Positions 24,868 through 38,557 of a stretch of DNA of 64,000 nt are shown piece after piece. The notes below the pieces were generated by a model, which was not told the origin of the DNA, did no database searches, and worked only from the letters and a program-made list of their open reading frames with translations. This stretch comes from Squalus acanthias. Its lineage: Eukaryota. Within the stretch, counting starts at the first letter, position 1. Each line of letters begins with the position of its first letter. The stretch spans positions 27,838,001-27,902,000 of the forward strand of contig CM059429.1 of assembly GCA_030390025.1 (NCBI GenBank), in the 5' to 3' direction. The position numbers and the translations under genes were made by a program.

Positions 24868-25334
24868 TAAAATTTCCCTTGTACTTTCTGTGCATCTGCA
24901 CGTCCAAGTATGTATAATGAAATAGTGCAAAGAATCTGGTAACAGTCAAAATAACTATAAAACTTTTTTTAAGTACTTCCATTTCTCTCTGCCTATAATG
25001 GCATATCATGCATGAATCACAGTATAAAGATACCTTTGGATTTACTAACAATCACTAATCTGATTTTTATATATCTCACATCACCACCATTTTGAGTAGC
25101 AACTGTGTACTCTGAAGTGTCGGTAGTTCTTCGCTTTTCAGATGTGCAAAATGCTATCTCGTAGCAACAATCAGTCAAATCTGTATAAGTCACTCTCAAA
25201 TTGCAGTTACAATTTTGATGAACCTCTTTAAGTCAGACTCATGTATCAGTCACATAAAAATATGAAAAGACAAGTGAAACTGTGACTAGATTGTAAGTTT
25301 AGAGTCCTTGATAGATGAATTATAGATTTCCTAA

Positions 25335-25595
25335 TAGCTCCATGGAAAAATGCACCATGTGGTATGATAATGAGTTATAAAGGCCAGGAAGGTTCCCATG
25401 TTCAATCCCTTGCCTGTGCTAGGAGCCATTCTGAGTCAGGGTGGTATTCGAAGCAGTACAATTGGCCTCAGTGTTTCTTCTGATTGTTTTCCAGGGTGCT
25501 CTTCTGGAAGTGTGTATGTGTAGTTTTGACTAGGGACGTGAACTGTACGCCTGCATGAGTCCCCACTTTCAAGAAGTATAAGGGGAGAAAATAAA
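25335..25595 (+). mobile_element. Old tRNA-headed SINE (third family)
   Basis: CCAGGAAGGTTCCCATGTTCAATCCCTTGCCTGTGCT B-box region. Confidence 0.55.
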
Positions 25596-25606
25596 GGAAA
25601 ATTATA

Positions 25607-25715
25607 ATCATAGAATCTTACAGCAATGGAGGCCATTCAGCCCATTGTACCTGTGCCAGCTCTTTGAAAGAGCTATCCAATTAGTCACACTCCACTGCTC
25701 ATAGCCCTGCAAATT
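25607..25715 (-). mobile_element. CR1 3' tail fragment
   Basis: ATCATAGAATC..GAGGCCATTCAGCCC reverse tail. Confidence 0.75.
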
Positions 25716-25754
25716 GTGTCTTAAATTAGAGAACAAAAAAAGTAACTACAACTT

Positions 25755-25993
25755 GGTGATTGGCAAAAAACTTTTTTATGCAGCGAGTGGTTAAGATCTG
25801 GAATGCACTAACTGAAAGGGTGGTGGAGGCAGACTCAATCTTATCTTTCAAAAGGGAGTTGGATAAGTATCTGAAGGAAAAAAATTTGCTGGGCTATGGG
25901 GAAAGGGCGGGGGAGTGGGACTAGCTGAGAGTCGGCACGGGCTCGACGGGCCGAATGGCCTTCTTCCATGCTGTAACCATTCTATTCTATGAT
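25755..25993 (+). mobile_element. CR1 3' fragment
   Basis: GGGCCGAATGGCC hairpin and ATTCTATGATT tail. Confidence 0.85.
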
Positions 25994-26494
25994 TGGTGAA
26001 TGGTACTATTATCAGGTCTCAAAATGCTGGACCTCAGTTAGTTCTTGCTCTGCACAGGCATAAGTTCGATCGATGAACTCATTCTCTATTTTTTGACAGG
26101 GATGTGTATGAATGTTAAAATGAATTAGCAGACATTTTGTTGCTGGTAAATGTTAACTATTATATCAGGTAGCAGCTGGGAGATCAGACCCATTTCTCTC
26201 ATAATTAAAAGCAATGCAAAGATAAATTTTGAACACCTATCACATGTACTGGATTAGTGAAAGAATTAATTAAAAATGATTATTCATTAGGAATGTTATA
26301 CATGACAACAACTGCGTGTAGAAGGTGTTGGAGAAATAGTTCAAAGGCAAACATGATCAAGCATCAGTAAAAAAATTATGTATTTTAACTTACTTAACAT
26401 TAAAGACAATTTATTCTAGTAATTGTGCATATAATAATCGGATTGATGCAATGGAAAAATAGCAGGTTTCTAAGTAAAACTGCAAAGAGGCTGT

Positions 26495-26508
26495 GTTGCT
26501 ATGGTGAC
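26495..26508. promoter_or_regulatory. RFX X-box-like site
   Basis: GTTGCTATGGTGAC in unique sequence. Confidence 0.4.
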
Positions 26509-27550
26509 ACATCTTGCAAGACCTTACCATGTTTATTGCACATTGAGCATTCGTGTTGCCCATCATGTCTGGTGTCACAAAATTAATTCAGATCAAAATT
26601 AGAATAAAAATATGAAAACTGCTTTGAAAATGTTCACTCTGCAACAGATAATAGTATATTGTTCGTGATTTTACCACAATATTCCATGTCATGGGTCCAG
26701 AACAGAGTTTCTGAAACAGGCTTTTCCAGGAACTGTGAATGGCCAAAGCTATATAGAACATAACTCTTTAATTAAAGGTCCATGCACTGCTAAGCAGTGG
26801 TAACATTGTGATTATGGTGTTAAAACAAATTAAGATGTACAAAAATTGGAAAATGGCCCGATTCCTCTCATCCCCATTAGTATGGACAGACCATAACTGG
26901 GAAAATGTGTTATCTGGAATCTCCAAAAACTTCATTTTTTCCCCTCAAAATCCCCCCCCCCCCCCGCCCCCTCAAAAAAACCTTAATTGGCCCCTTCCCT
27001 TCTGAAGATTTTGGCTACCTGCTAGGCCATGATTCCAAGCGTACCAGTCACCCTCCAATACTTTCATGTGTAAAGATAGGCTACGAATTTAAGCTATTCA
27101 ACTGAGCTCGACATCCACAATGTGCACTTTCCAGCAGGGGTTACTGGAAAGCAACCCAGAGCAGGAATCTCAGCTGATTTATTTTCTCCTCCTTAACCCA
27201 AGAGTAATGAGGCCAATTCTAGCACCTGCCTTACACCCTGAGCCATCAAGGTAGCTACAAAACTTCTGGTAGCTTGAGAATTATGCTAAATTAGCTGTAC
27301 TAATTCGGAATTTAGGACAGATGTGATCAAAGATGGCTTTTTTTCAATCTGTTTGCTTTGCAACTTTCTCCATTGTGTTTGTTTCAAGTATCTGCTCCTA
27401 ATCACTTAGGCTATTTGAAATGTTTTTTTTTAAATTAATCTGCCGCTGTAGATATCTATATTACCAATTGGTGGGGGTAACAAGGATCTTGGAGATTGAA
27501 CTATTTAAGATCTCCAAATTTTTTGATATCACATTATAAAATGCCGACTT

Positions 27551-28304
27551 GGGCCAGAAATTCGGCTCTCCGGCTTCCCGCGGGTGCAAGCATCGCGCGC
27601 GTACTTACCTAGCGCGCCTGCCGTTGTGCTTCGGGCCCGCGTGGAATTCGGCTCCTGGGCCTCCTGCAGCTGCCGGCGCGCAGTGCCTGCGTATCCCAGG
27701 GGCGCAGTTAGTTCGAAGCGTCCCCTGGGATCACGTGGGCCATGGAGAGCCAATCGGAGCAGGAAATCTCCATTCATAGATTTTGACAGGAAGACCTGTC
27801 AAAATCTATGAATAGAGATCGGCCCCAAAACCTCACTAAAACTTCAAATAAATTAAAAAAAAAAATCACATTTTTAAAATAACTATAAATTACATAAATT
27901 AACTACTTTAAACAAAAATTTAAATTTTTGAAAAAATTAATTACACTTTTTAACGGTGCTAAAAATAAACTTACCTTTCGTTAAAGTATGTAAAAAAGAT
28001 AAACCTGTTGAAAAAATGTTTAAATTGTACTTAATTCACCACTTACCTTGTTAAAAGCAGGCCTTGCGCCTCCTTTTCTCCTGCGCAGCTTCTCCGTACT
28101 TACCCTCACGGAGAAACCTGAAAAAAACCCGAAGTTCGCTGCGTGTGCGCTGCCTCTCCGGCGCACGCGTTCGACCTCTGAACCCCTTCCTTCAGGGGAA
28201 CGGAAGTTCCGGTTTCCAGCGCATGCGCGAAACCGGCACTTTCGTTGGGTCTACGGGTGAGTACACAGCGCGTACTCACCCGCGGAGACCCGAATTTCTG
28301 GCCC
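27551..28304. mobile_element. Harbinger-type MITE family B, copy 1
   Basis: TIR GGGCCAGAAATTCGG / CCGAATTTCTGGCCC; GC-rich arms, AT-rich core; related to 38558-39275; no matching TSD visible. Confidence 0.85.
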
Positions 28305-28309
28305 AATAT

Positions 28310-30765
28310 ATTCAATGTCCATCACCAAGAGTGGCTCGGTAGCACCACTACTGACTGAGCTGGCCGAGTCCTGAAGGACATAGCTGCCAATCTGGGCCTG
28401 CGACAGGTGGTGAGAGAACCAACACGAGGGAAAAACCTACTTGACCTTGTCCTCACCAATCTACCTGTCGCAGATGCATCTGTCCATGACAGTATTGGTA
28501 GCAGTGACCACCACACAGTCATTGTGGAGACGAAGTCCCGTCTTCACATTGAGGACACCCTCCATCGTGTTGTGTGGCACTACCACCGTGCTAAATGGGA
28601 TAGATTCAGAACAGATCTAGCAGCTCAAAACTGGGCATCCATGAGGCACTGTGGGCCATCTGGAGCAGCAGAATTGTATTCCACCACTATCAGTAACCTC
28701 ATGATCCGGCATATCCCTCACTCTACCATTATCATCAAGCCAGGGGACCAGCCCTGGTTCAATAAGGAGTGTAGAAGAGCATGCCAGGAGCAGCACCAGG
28801 TGTACCTAAAAATGAGGTGCCAACCTGGGGAAGCTGCAACACAGGACTACATGCATGCTAAAAAGCGGAAGCAGCATGCTATAGACAGGGCTAAGCGATC
28901 CCACAATCAATGGATCAGATCAAAGCTCTGCAGTCCTACCACATCCAGTCGTGAATGGTGGTGGACCATTAAACAACTAACGGGAGGCGGAGGCTCCATG
29001 AATATCCCCATCCTCAATGATGGTGGAGTCCAGCACGTGAGTGCAAAAGACAAGGCTGAAGCATTTGCAACCATCTTCAGCCAGAAGTGCTGAGTGGATG
29101 ATCCATATTGGCCTCCTCCTGAGGTCCCCACCATCACAGAAACCAGTCTTCAGCCAATTCGATTCCCTCCACGTGATATCAAGAAACGGTTGAGCGCACT
29201 GGATACAGCAAAGGCTATGGGCCCTGACAACATCCCGGCTATCGTGCTGAAGACTTGTGCAACCAGAACTAGCCGCGCCTCTAGCCAAGCTGTTCCAGTA
29301 CAGCTACAACACTGGCATCTATCTGATAATGTGGAAAACTGCCCAGGTATGTCCTGTCCACAAAAAGCAGGACAAATCCAACCCAGCCAATTACCACCCC
29401 ATCAGTCTACTCTCAATCATCAGCAAAGTGATGGAAGGTATCATTGACAGTGCTATCAAGCGGCACTTACTCACCAATAGCCTGCTCACTGATGCCCAGT
29501 TTGGGTTCCGCCAAGACCACTCGGCTCCCGACCTCATTACAGCCTTGGTCCAAACATGGACAAAGGAGCTGAATTCCAGAGGAGAGGTGAGAGTGACTGC
29601 CCTTGACATCAAGGCAGCATTTGACCGAGTGTGGCATCAAGGAACCCTAATAAAACTGTAGTCAATGGGAATCGGGGGGCGGCGGGTGGGGGAAACTCTC
29701 CACTGGCTGGAGTCATACCTAGCACAAAGGAAGATGGTTGTGGTGATTGAAGGTTAATCATCACAGCCCCAGGACATCGCTGCAGGTGTTCCTCAGGGCA
29801 GTGTCCTGGGCCTAACCATCTTCAGCTGCTTCATCAATGACCTTCCCTCCAACATAAGGTAAGAAATGGGGATGTTCGCTGATGACTGCACAGTGTTTAG
29901 TGCCATTCACAACTCCTCAGATAATGAAGCAGTCCATGCCCGCATGCAACAAGACCTGGACGACGTTCAGGCTTGGGCTGATAAGTGGCAGGTAACATTC
30001 GCGCCACAGAAATGCCAGGCAATGACTATCTCCAACAAGCGAGAGTCTAATCACCGCCCCTTGACATTCAATGGCATTACCATCGCCGAATCCCCCACCA
30101 TCAACATCCTGGGGGTCACCATTGACCAGAAACTTAACTGGACCAGCCACATAAATACTGTGGCAACAAGAGCAGGTCAGAGGCTAGGTATTCCGAGGCC
30201 AGTGTCTCACCTCCTGACTCCCCAAAGCCTTTCTATCATCTACAAGGCACAAGTAAGGAGTGTGATGGAATACTCTCCACTTGCCTGGATGAGTGCAGCT
30301 CCAACAACACTCAAGAAGCTCGACACCATCCAGGACAAAGCAGCCCACTTGATTGGCACCCCCTCTACCACCTTAAACATTCACTCCCTCCACCACCGGC
30401 GTACCGTGGCTGCAGTGTGTACCATCTACAAGATGCACTGCAGCAACTCGCCAAGGCTTCTTCGGCAGCACCTCCCAAACCCACGACCTCTTCCATCTAG
30501 AAGGACAAGGGCAGCAGACACATGGGAACACCACCACCAAGTCACACATCATCCTGACTTAGAAGTATATCGCCATTTCTTCATCGTCGCTGGGTCAAAA
30601 TCCTGGAACTCCCTACCTAACAGCACTATGGGAGTACCTTCACCACACGGACTGCAGCGGTTCAAGAAGGCGGCTCACCACCACCTTCTCAAGGGCAACT
30701 AGGGATGGGCAATAAATGCTGGCCTTGCCAGCGACGCCCACATCCCATAAAAACAAATTAAAAAA
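28310..30765 (+). mobile_element. CR1/L2-group non-LTR retrotransposon (distinct from CR1 proper), 5'-truncated, EN-RT pseudogene
   Basis: EPTRGKNLLDLVLTN, SDHHTV, KAMGPDNIP, NYHPISLLS, DIKAAFDRVWH, MFADD; AATAAA and A-rich tail; several stops. Confidence 0.92.
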
Positions 30766-32679
30766 ATATCCAGAAGACTCAACTCAATACAGCTTGCTTA
30801 AAAGATAGTCAAAGGTAAGAAAAGTAATCATTCACTTCTGCATTGATATTCTGGTGAAAAATAGTTTTTGATTCCTCCAGTAACATTCTAGTGATTCTAT
30901 CTGCCATGAAACACCCTACTATTTAAAATTACGTGTTGACATTTTTCAAAGTAGTGCTAATGTTTCTTTACTAAGTTGAGTTCTCTTTAAACCAGTTTTG
31001 GCTGCTTTTGTTTAAAAAGCACGGCTTTCCAAAATTATTTTGTCTTATCTTCCACTTTCTTCGGGCTCTTTACTGATCGCGTATAATGACCTTCCATGGA
31101 AATTTTGTTGAGTCATTTAACGCACAGGTTTACTGCAATATTTTTTTATCCATAAGCATATTTTATAATCCCATTACTCATTTACCATCTGTTAATCTTT
31201 TTATATAAGATCCTCTATGGTTATTGTCCCATGTCACACACATGCAACTGTGATGTTCCTGTCCTGCACACTCGACACATCTTAATAAAACCATAACAAC
31301 ACTCAGTATCTTCCCCTCGTGTATATATAATGCTCTATTACCCTCCCACAGACACATAATGAAACCATGCTGTCACCTCCATACATACACCCAGCACAAA
31401 TAAAATTGACATTATTTCATGCTTTTCTCTCGCATACACCACACAATTAATGAAACCATGTCATCACTCAATATCTTCCCCCTCCACATCAGGACGCACA
31501 CAATAGTTATTCCACCACAACCCATATGCTCACACACATAATAAAAGTGCACCATTATTCACTGTGCCCTTTCCAGTCTAGAATTGTGCTATTATCTTCG
31601 GTCGGTATTTGCAATCAGTGTTGGCCATTTTGGGTGTGAAATAGTTAATCAAACTGTGCCATTATTATATGTCCTTCCACACACACAATTTATAAATGAG
31701 ATATTATAATTAAAACACAATAAATCTATAAAGTGGGGTTAACTTACTACATTTATTTTTACATTCAATGTTCTGGTTATTTCAGTGTGTTAAAATGCTG
31801 CAACCCTCTGGCTAAAACAATAAACTAAAGGAGAGAATTTCATTAGTTCCCATCTGGTTCCCTCCATTTCTGATTTAACACTTTGAGGACTGAAGGAATG
31901 TGCCATTATTACCAGAGTTTTGGATTGGAATTGCACTGTATAATATTACAATAACAAATCCAATAATCCATTATTTTTAAATTCCTTTCTCTATTATTTT
32001 AATAAAAGCAGAGGAATTTCACATGGATGCATTTATAACTAATACCACACAGAACAATTTGAATTCTTTTGTTTAAATCCCTGTGTTTACTTCTTTTGTC
32101 TCTTTCTACTCGGAGGGTGGAATAATCTGAGCTCTGCTCTCCCCCATGAGATAAACCGAGAAGGGTTTGTCTAGGCAGAAATGACTACTCAATTTCTACA
32201 GGAGTCTGTTTTGCACTTTATGTTGCTCACGCTATTCAAATATAATACTGAGAGGATACTTCTGGAACCATTATAAAATTTACTGAAGACACAGTTATGT
32301 GGCCAGGTAATGTAAGGGAGATTGACAGTGATCAAAGTGATCTGGACAAATTATGTAAGATGTCTGGTAGAAGTTAACTGATTCAATTAATATGCATTGC
32401 AACATAATATGTGAAGGGCTGGATTTTCCTCTAACTTACTGCCCATCTTGCGGTGGTTTGGGATGGGCAGGAGCAAAAAATATGTTGGAGGATTGCTCCA
32501 CTGGCTACGCTGCAGCAAGTTTCCTCCCCCTGCCTGAAGGAGGAGATCAGGTGACCTCGGAAACACTGCTTGGAGCCTGCCACCAACATTCAAGTTAGTC
32601 TGAACACAGAAGATCTGCTGGAGCCAGTAGGCGACACACCAGTTAGTGGAAGTCTCACCCTGGTAGACCTCCATTAGGA

Positions 32680-32805
32680 TAAAAGCAAAATACTGCGGAT
32701 GCTGGAAATCTGAAATTTAAAAAAGAAAATGCTGGAAATACTCAGCAGGTCAGGCAGCATGCTGCTTGACCTGTTCAGTATTTCCAGCATTTTCTGTTTT
32801 TATTA
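32680..32805 (-). mobile_element. Fold-back PLE mini-insertion (family B) lacking the ribozyme
   Basis: Inverted arms centred on GCAGCATGCTGC (~32760); TSD ACCTC(C/T)ATTAGGA (32667-32679, 32806-32818). Confidence 0.85.
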
Positions 32806-32889
32806 ACCTCTATTAGGAACCTTCCATGGAGAAATGTCTGGGTTGGAATGTCTGTACAATGAATGGATGTTCATTAGCAAAAGGTGAAC

Positions 32890-33665
32890 TGAGGGGGCTC
32901 GACAAGGTAGATGCAGAGAAGATGTTTCCCCTCATGGGGGAATCTAGAACTGGGGGGGCATAGTTTCAGAATAAGGGGTCGCCCATTTAAAACGGAGATG
33001 AGGAGGAATTTCTTCTCTGAGGGTCGTAAATCTGTGGAATTCTCTGCCCCAGAGAGCTGTGGAGGCTGGGTCATTGAATATATTGAAGGTGGAGATAGAC
33101 ACGGTGGCATAGTGGTTAGCACTGGTGCCTCACAGCGCCAGAGACCCGGGTTCGAATCTGACCTCGGGTGACTGTCTGTGTGGAGTTTGCACATTCTCCC
33201 CGTGTCTGCGTGGGTTTCCTCCGGGTGCTCCGGTTTCCTCCCACAGTCCAAAAATGTGTGGGTTAGGTTGATTTGGCTATGATAAATTGACCCTTAGTGT
33301 TAGGGGGGATTAAATATGTGGGGTTATGGGGATAGGATGGGATATGTTAGGGGGAATTAAATACGTGGGGTTACGGGGGTAGGGTGGGATATGTGTACTG
33401 TGGGGATTAAAGCAGGGACAGGGTACTGGATTTGGATGATCAGCCATGATCGTATTGAATGGCGGAGCAGGCTCGACGGGCCGAATGGCCTACTCCTGCT
33501 CCTAGATTCTATGTTTCTATGACAGATTTTTGAACAATAAGGGAGTGATGGGTTTTGGGGAGCGGGCAGGGAAATGGATTAGATCAGCCATGATCTCATT
33601 AAATGGCGGAGCAGTCTCGAGGGGCCAAATGGCCGCCTCCTGCTCCTATTTCTTATGTTCTTATG
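32890..33665 (+). mobile_element. CR1 (HER1-like) 3' fragment interrupted by an HE1 SINE
   Basis: Similar to 24500-24867 on both sides of the SINE. Confidence 0.88.
33100..33520 (+). mobile_element. HE1-type V-SINE, full length
   Basis: tRNA head GGTGGCATAGTGGTTAGC/GGTTCGAATC, V-domain TGTGTGGAGTTTGCACATTCTCCCCGTGTCTGCGTGGGTTTCCTCCGGGTG, CR1-derived tail. Confidence 0.93.
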
Positions 33666-35940
33666 TGATAAAAGACATGGGTGTGATATTAACCATACAC
33701 TAAATATGGTGCTTTTATCACTGGAATAATCAATACTAAGGTGCTTATCAAGGGTACTTGAGTATCAAGACGATACAAGTTCTTCTAGCCCTGTTCAACT
33801 CACTGCCGAGAACAGATTTGGATAAATATTTGCCTTTAGTGCTCCTGAAGTGGGGGTGGGTGCTGAAGATGTAAATTTACCCCATTAAGAATGCTGCGTG
33901 CAGTTTTTGGTACACTATCTTCAAAAGGCAATTGAAACATTAGAAAAGGTTCAAGAGATATAGGGATGATTCTGGATCTGGAATCTCAGTTATGAAAAGA
34001 TAATCACAAACCAAATTTGATTTAATTGGTTTTGATGTTTTGAATGGTCTTTCTGTTCCATACTTTATGTTTTTATTACTGCTATCTACGTGTCTCTGCC
34101 ACTGTTTGATGGACGGTGAAATTGCCATAAGATGAGCCAACATCATTTTGTTGCCCGTGTCCATCAAATGGACAGTTCCATAGTGATACATTACTGCACA
34201 TAACAGCCAGGTCAAGAACTGCCAAAATTCACTCTTGGCATCGGCACGAAAGCTTGACTCAGAGAACTTGGTCATCAGAAAATTTGGCTAGGAAGATCCA
34301 CAGATACTATGACTGAGAAATTTTGGCTGCTAAGAAACAAACTCATTGTCCATCATATATTTCTCAAAATATAACTTATGCTGAACTTTTAGTAGAATAC
34401 TGATCTTATACATTTAACTCGCAATCAGAAGGTCACTGGAGCTTAATTTTTGCTTTCGTCAGTTTTTATCTCGGCTTCTAGGAAACGGCACACAGAAGTG
34501 AAGCAGTAACCTTGAAGGGAAGAAATAATGTTATTGCCTGTCTTTTAAATTAGGCTTTCTGCCAGACATTGGCATAATGGACTGATAAATGACAGCGAGA
34601 TACCTGCAGCCCAGACCATCATACCTTTATTTGTCATCATCTTCAATGTATTCAAAGCCTCCAAAGGTCTGGCACTATGCACTTCTAGACAAGTTACTAT
34701 AATATGGTCTCCCATTTAAATTATATTCATGACAATCCAGGTTCCCCTCAAAACCATGCTCTCTGTGCTGGCTTACGGAGGGGAAAATCAGCCAGGATTT
34801 TAGCTCCAGATCGATATCCAGCAAGCCTTGCTGGAAGTATATGTGCGTGCGCATCATTTTGGACACCCACAGTTCAATAGCCTGCTAGCACTCACACATG
34901 AATAATTGCATCTTGGATGAGGTTCTGTAGATTTATAGCTAAGTGAAGAGTCTTCAGCAGATGGGGGAAGGATGAAAATTGGTGAGGAATTTTTTTTTTT
35001 AAAAATCCAATATTTTCTGTTTGATAAATTTTAGCTCGGTCATTTGCCTTACTAATTATCTGTTAATTATGCCAGTTTGTGTGCAATTTTCTTAACGTGC
35101 TGTTCCATATTTTTGTTTTGATAGTCTATTTTATAGTCTTATTTATGGGCTGGTAGTCATTAATTTTCTTGCACATAAAAATAGCCAGAATTGCAAAATA
35201 ACTGGGTGTGGTTTTCACACCTTGCGACTTTATTGGAGGACTTTTTCTGGTCATTTTGAAAAAGGCAGTAGATTCTATAAAAACCTAGGAACCATTTTTC
35301 TTTACTCTGCATCAAGCAAACAATTGAATGACAAGCAGTGGTCAGAATAATTTCCTGCAAGATACAGCGTGAAAGGTGCAATGTCATAATGGTTTCTAAT
35401 TGACAGAAAATAAACTCTTCATTGGGAACAAGGGACCAATCTCTCTATTTGGGTCCTTCTCAAGTTCAGTGGCATCAATCACTCCCGTATGTGGTCTGAG
35501 TGCCTTACTTTTATGAAGTTGACTGTCACTGTCCTATATCTATACTTGTACAGTAGCAGGCCCTGGAGTGTAACAATGAAATTTCCTCATGTATGGACCG
35601 TCCATGTCTTACGCATGTGCACTTCAAACTCTCTGAAGGCGGACCAAGCTAACACTGAGGCAAAGTATGGTTCAAATCATAAGCTGGTTTATTCCACAAT
35701 AAGGTGAAATATACAGAACAATAGGTAAGATCAGTGTCACTTAGTTCAATCACGTAATGATACAAAACAAGGAACACGCAATGTTATCCCACACTGTTAT
35801 TCCATTATGTGGACTGTCTTATTGATACAGAATAATTTCTCTGCATCCTGTCTACTGTCCTGGGGCAGAACCACTCTCCCACCATAGTCTTTTTTTGTTG
35901 CTTGACTGCTTGTGCAAACTGGTTTCCAAAAATCAGACTG

Positions 35941-36296
35941 TCGGGTGACTGTCTGTGTGGAGTTTGCACATTCTCCCCGTGTCTGCGTGGGTTTCCTCCG
36001 GGTGCTCCGGTTTCCTCCCACAGTCCAAAAATGTGCGGGTTAGGTTGATTTGGCTATGATAAATTGACCCTTAGTGTTAGGGGGGGATTAAATATGTGGG
36101 GTTATGGGGATAGGATGGGATGTGTTAGGGGGAATTAAATACGTGGGGTTACGGGGGTAGGGTGGGATATGTGTACTGTGGGGATTAAAGCAGGGACAGG
36201 GTACTGGATTTGAATGATCAGCCATGATCATATTGAATGGTGGAGCAGGCTCGACGGGCCGAATGGCCTACTCCTGCTCCTAGATTCTATGTTTCC
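35941..36296 (+). mobile_element. HE1-type V-SINE, 5'-truncated
   Basis: Near-identical to 33164-33517. Confidence 0.93.
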
Positions 36297-38557
36297 TTGG
36301 TGTCTGTGGTCTCAAAGACCAACAGAGATCAAAGGCTTTTCCAACACTATGGTATGAGGTGTCTTGTGAATACCCAGACAAGTTAATAAATTGCCTATAG
36401 TTGGGTCTCTAGGAGAAACAACTTCCAATTTAGCATATTAACCACCTTTTCTCTGGGTGCCTCTTTTTTTAATTCATGAGAATATATGTTACTTTTGAAA
36501 CCCCCCACCCCAGATTAAAAAGAACTTTATTCCCAAATTCTCTCTGTGGGGAAAAGTCAAAAATCCAGAAATGTGACAATGTGGAACAATGATAGTGACA
36601 TATGGTGAGCCTGCCTATATCTACTTATACAGTAGCAGGCCCTTAGATTTCAAGAGCTTCAGCAGTCCCATATTCAGACATCAGTTGCAAACAGAATTGC
36701 GCTCCTTTTTTATTTATGGTCAGGCTGTTTGTTTTCTATAATTCTGATTCAAGTGTACTTTAAAGTCATCAACAAATGAAAATTTGCTTGTCTGTCAATC
36801 CTACTGCAGTTCCTCCTCTTGGGATGATATCAGGTAGTATCACTATGGCAGTACTAAAACACATTTGGGCTACTGCATGTGGTATTACAATGGCCATGTG
36901 CAGTGAATGAGTAAATCATAGGTTTCAAATGAAATTCATACCATTAATAATCATATCATCATATCCCAGCTGTCATATTTGGTAGCCTCCATTACTGTTA
37001 AGACTGCTATAATATAATAACAGTACAGAAAGCGGTAAATTATGTATTCAGTTCTAATAGCTTTAGGAGGTCTGTTTCATAAGAATGCAAGACTTTGCAA
37101 TTGGAAGGGTGCTGACTGCTTTGTGTAGCTGTGTTTTATTGGCTAACTGCATATGGGCTTTTGAAAGGTATACCAGCAAACAGTGTTCTCTGTCAACTCA
37201 CTTTTACTGTCATGTGGTGCATGTCCCAGCAAAATGAACAGTGAAACTTTTCTGCAATTTCTTTCAGTTCAGGGCCTTTCCTTCTGTGGCCAGTGTCTGT
37301 CGCTCCATATTATTTATCAATTAATTGAATCTACTTTGTTGTAGACACCAATTTGTCATGCCTTCAGTAAGGATGAGCGCCAAACTAAATTGAGAACCCA
37401 AACTAAATGAGTTTGTGTTGGTTCAGTGAATATTTGAACTTGGACAGATTCCTACTCCGCAAAAATATTCAGTTTGCTTCAGAGACAAAAACTAATGGTT
37501 TTGCAAGTGTGGAAACCAAACTTATTCATATCCAGTCATTGTACCGTGCATGTGCGGAGGGAAATAAGTAAGTTTATTTATGTGTATAACATCAGTTTCC
37601 TGCCAAGCATTCCTATTCCATTGTACTTAGTGTTTGTAGTTAGGGTTCTTTTTTAAATTACTTTCCCATTGATGGTGGGGGAATAAGTCCATATTTCTTA
37701 CGGTTTTTGGGATGCTTGCACAATGGCTTGAGTTACTCAAATCTTAAGGCCTTAAAAACATGAATAATCACCCCCACTTACTAGCATAACTTTGTAGCAT
37801 CTATTTAACTGAATATGAAGGCAATACTTGCAGCCATTTTCACTGGTCATTGTATGAGTGTCTGTCTATGCTGTTTATCGTCTAATGTTTCTTTTCTCAT
37901 TATTAATTGATCTCCATTGGCATTGCTCATTGACAAAAATAAAAGCGTCTTTCTCTTCCTGTAACTGTTTCTGCTGGGCTCCTAATCTCTATTTCTTTTT
38001 CGGTTTGCCTCTCTCTTCCTTTTTCTCTCTCTCTGTAGCAGTCTCGAACACTTTCTCTCGTCATCATTTCTAAATTTATCAGTTTGTCTGTGACTCTTTT
38101 TCTTAGCCATTCTATAAAAAAACAGATGTTTCTCTTTAAAATAAATTGCCTTGCTGTGATCCAGGTAGAGTTGCTATAGTGATCACTGTGAGCGTGACTA
38201 CATTTTCCCAGCAAATATGCACAAATTGTATGTTGCTTGATCTCATACCCTAAAAGTAAAATTGGAAAACTTGTATTTCTTTTTGCTTTTCAGTGGGCAG
38301 AATCTATGCTGAAGCATGGATTAGTGGTCTGTGCTCACTCATTTTGCAGACTGAGACAAACTCTGTACCCATGCCATCTTCCTCATCACTGGTCACTTGT
38401 TTAGGTTCTACTCGCTCTCTGGAGGCTAACATTTCTTTTCTGGTTGCATTTTTGCTGTTTTATATCACTACCTTTCTCCTACTCTCCACAAACTCACTCT
38501 CAGTTTCATACTGTAACAGGGATATCTGGATTTAACAAGATTGTCATTGAAGTTATA

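Noticed and set aside
25607-25993. Fold-back CR1 analogous to the PLE hairpins
   Set aside because: The two opposed CR1 ends are diverged from each other and the plus copy has its own TTGGTGA flank duplication, so they are independent insertions
31230-31700. CRISPR-like array
   Set aside because: Repeats are highly degenerate with irregular spacing, in a vertebrate context with no cas genes
33100-33175. tRNA gene
   Set aside because: It is the tRNA-derived head of an HE1 SINE, continuing into the V-domain
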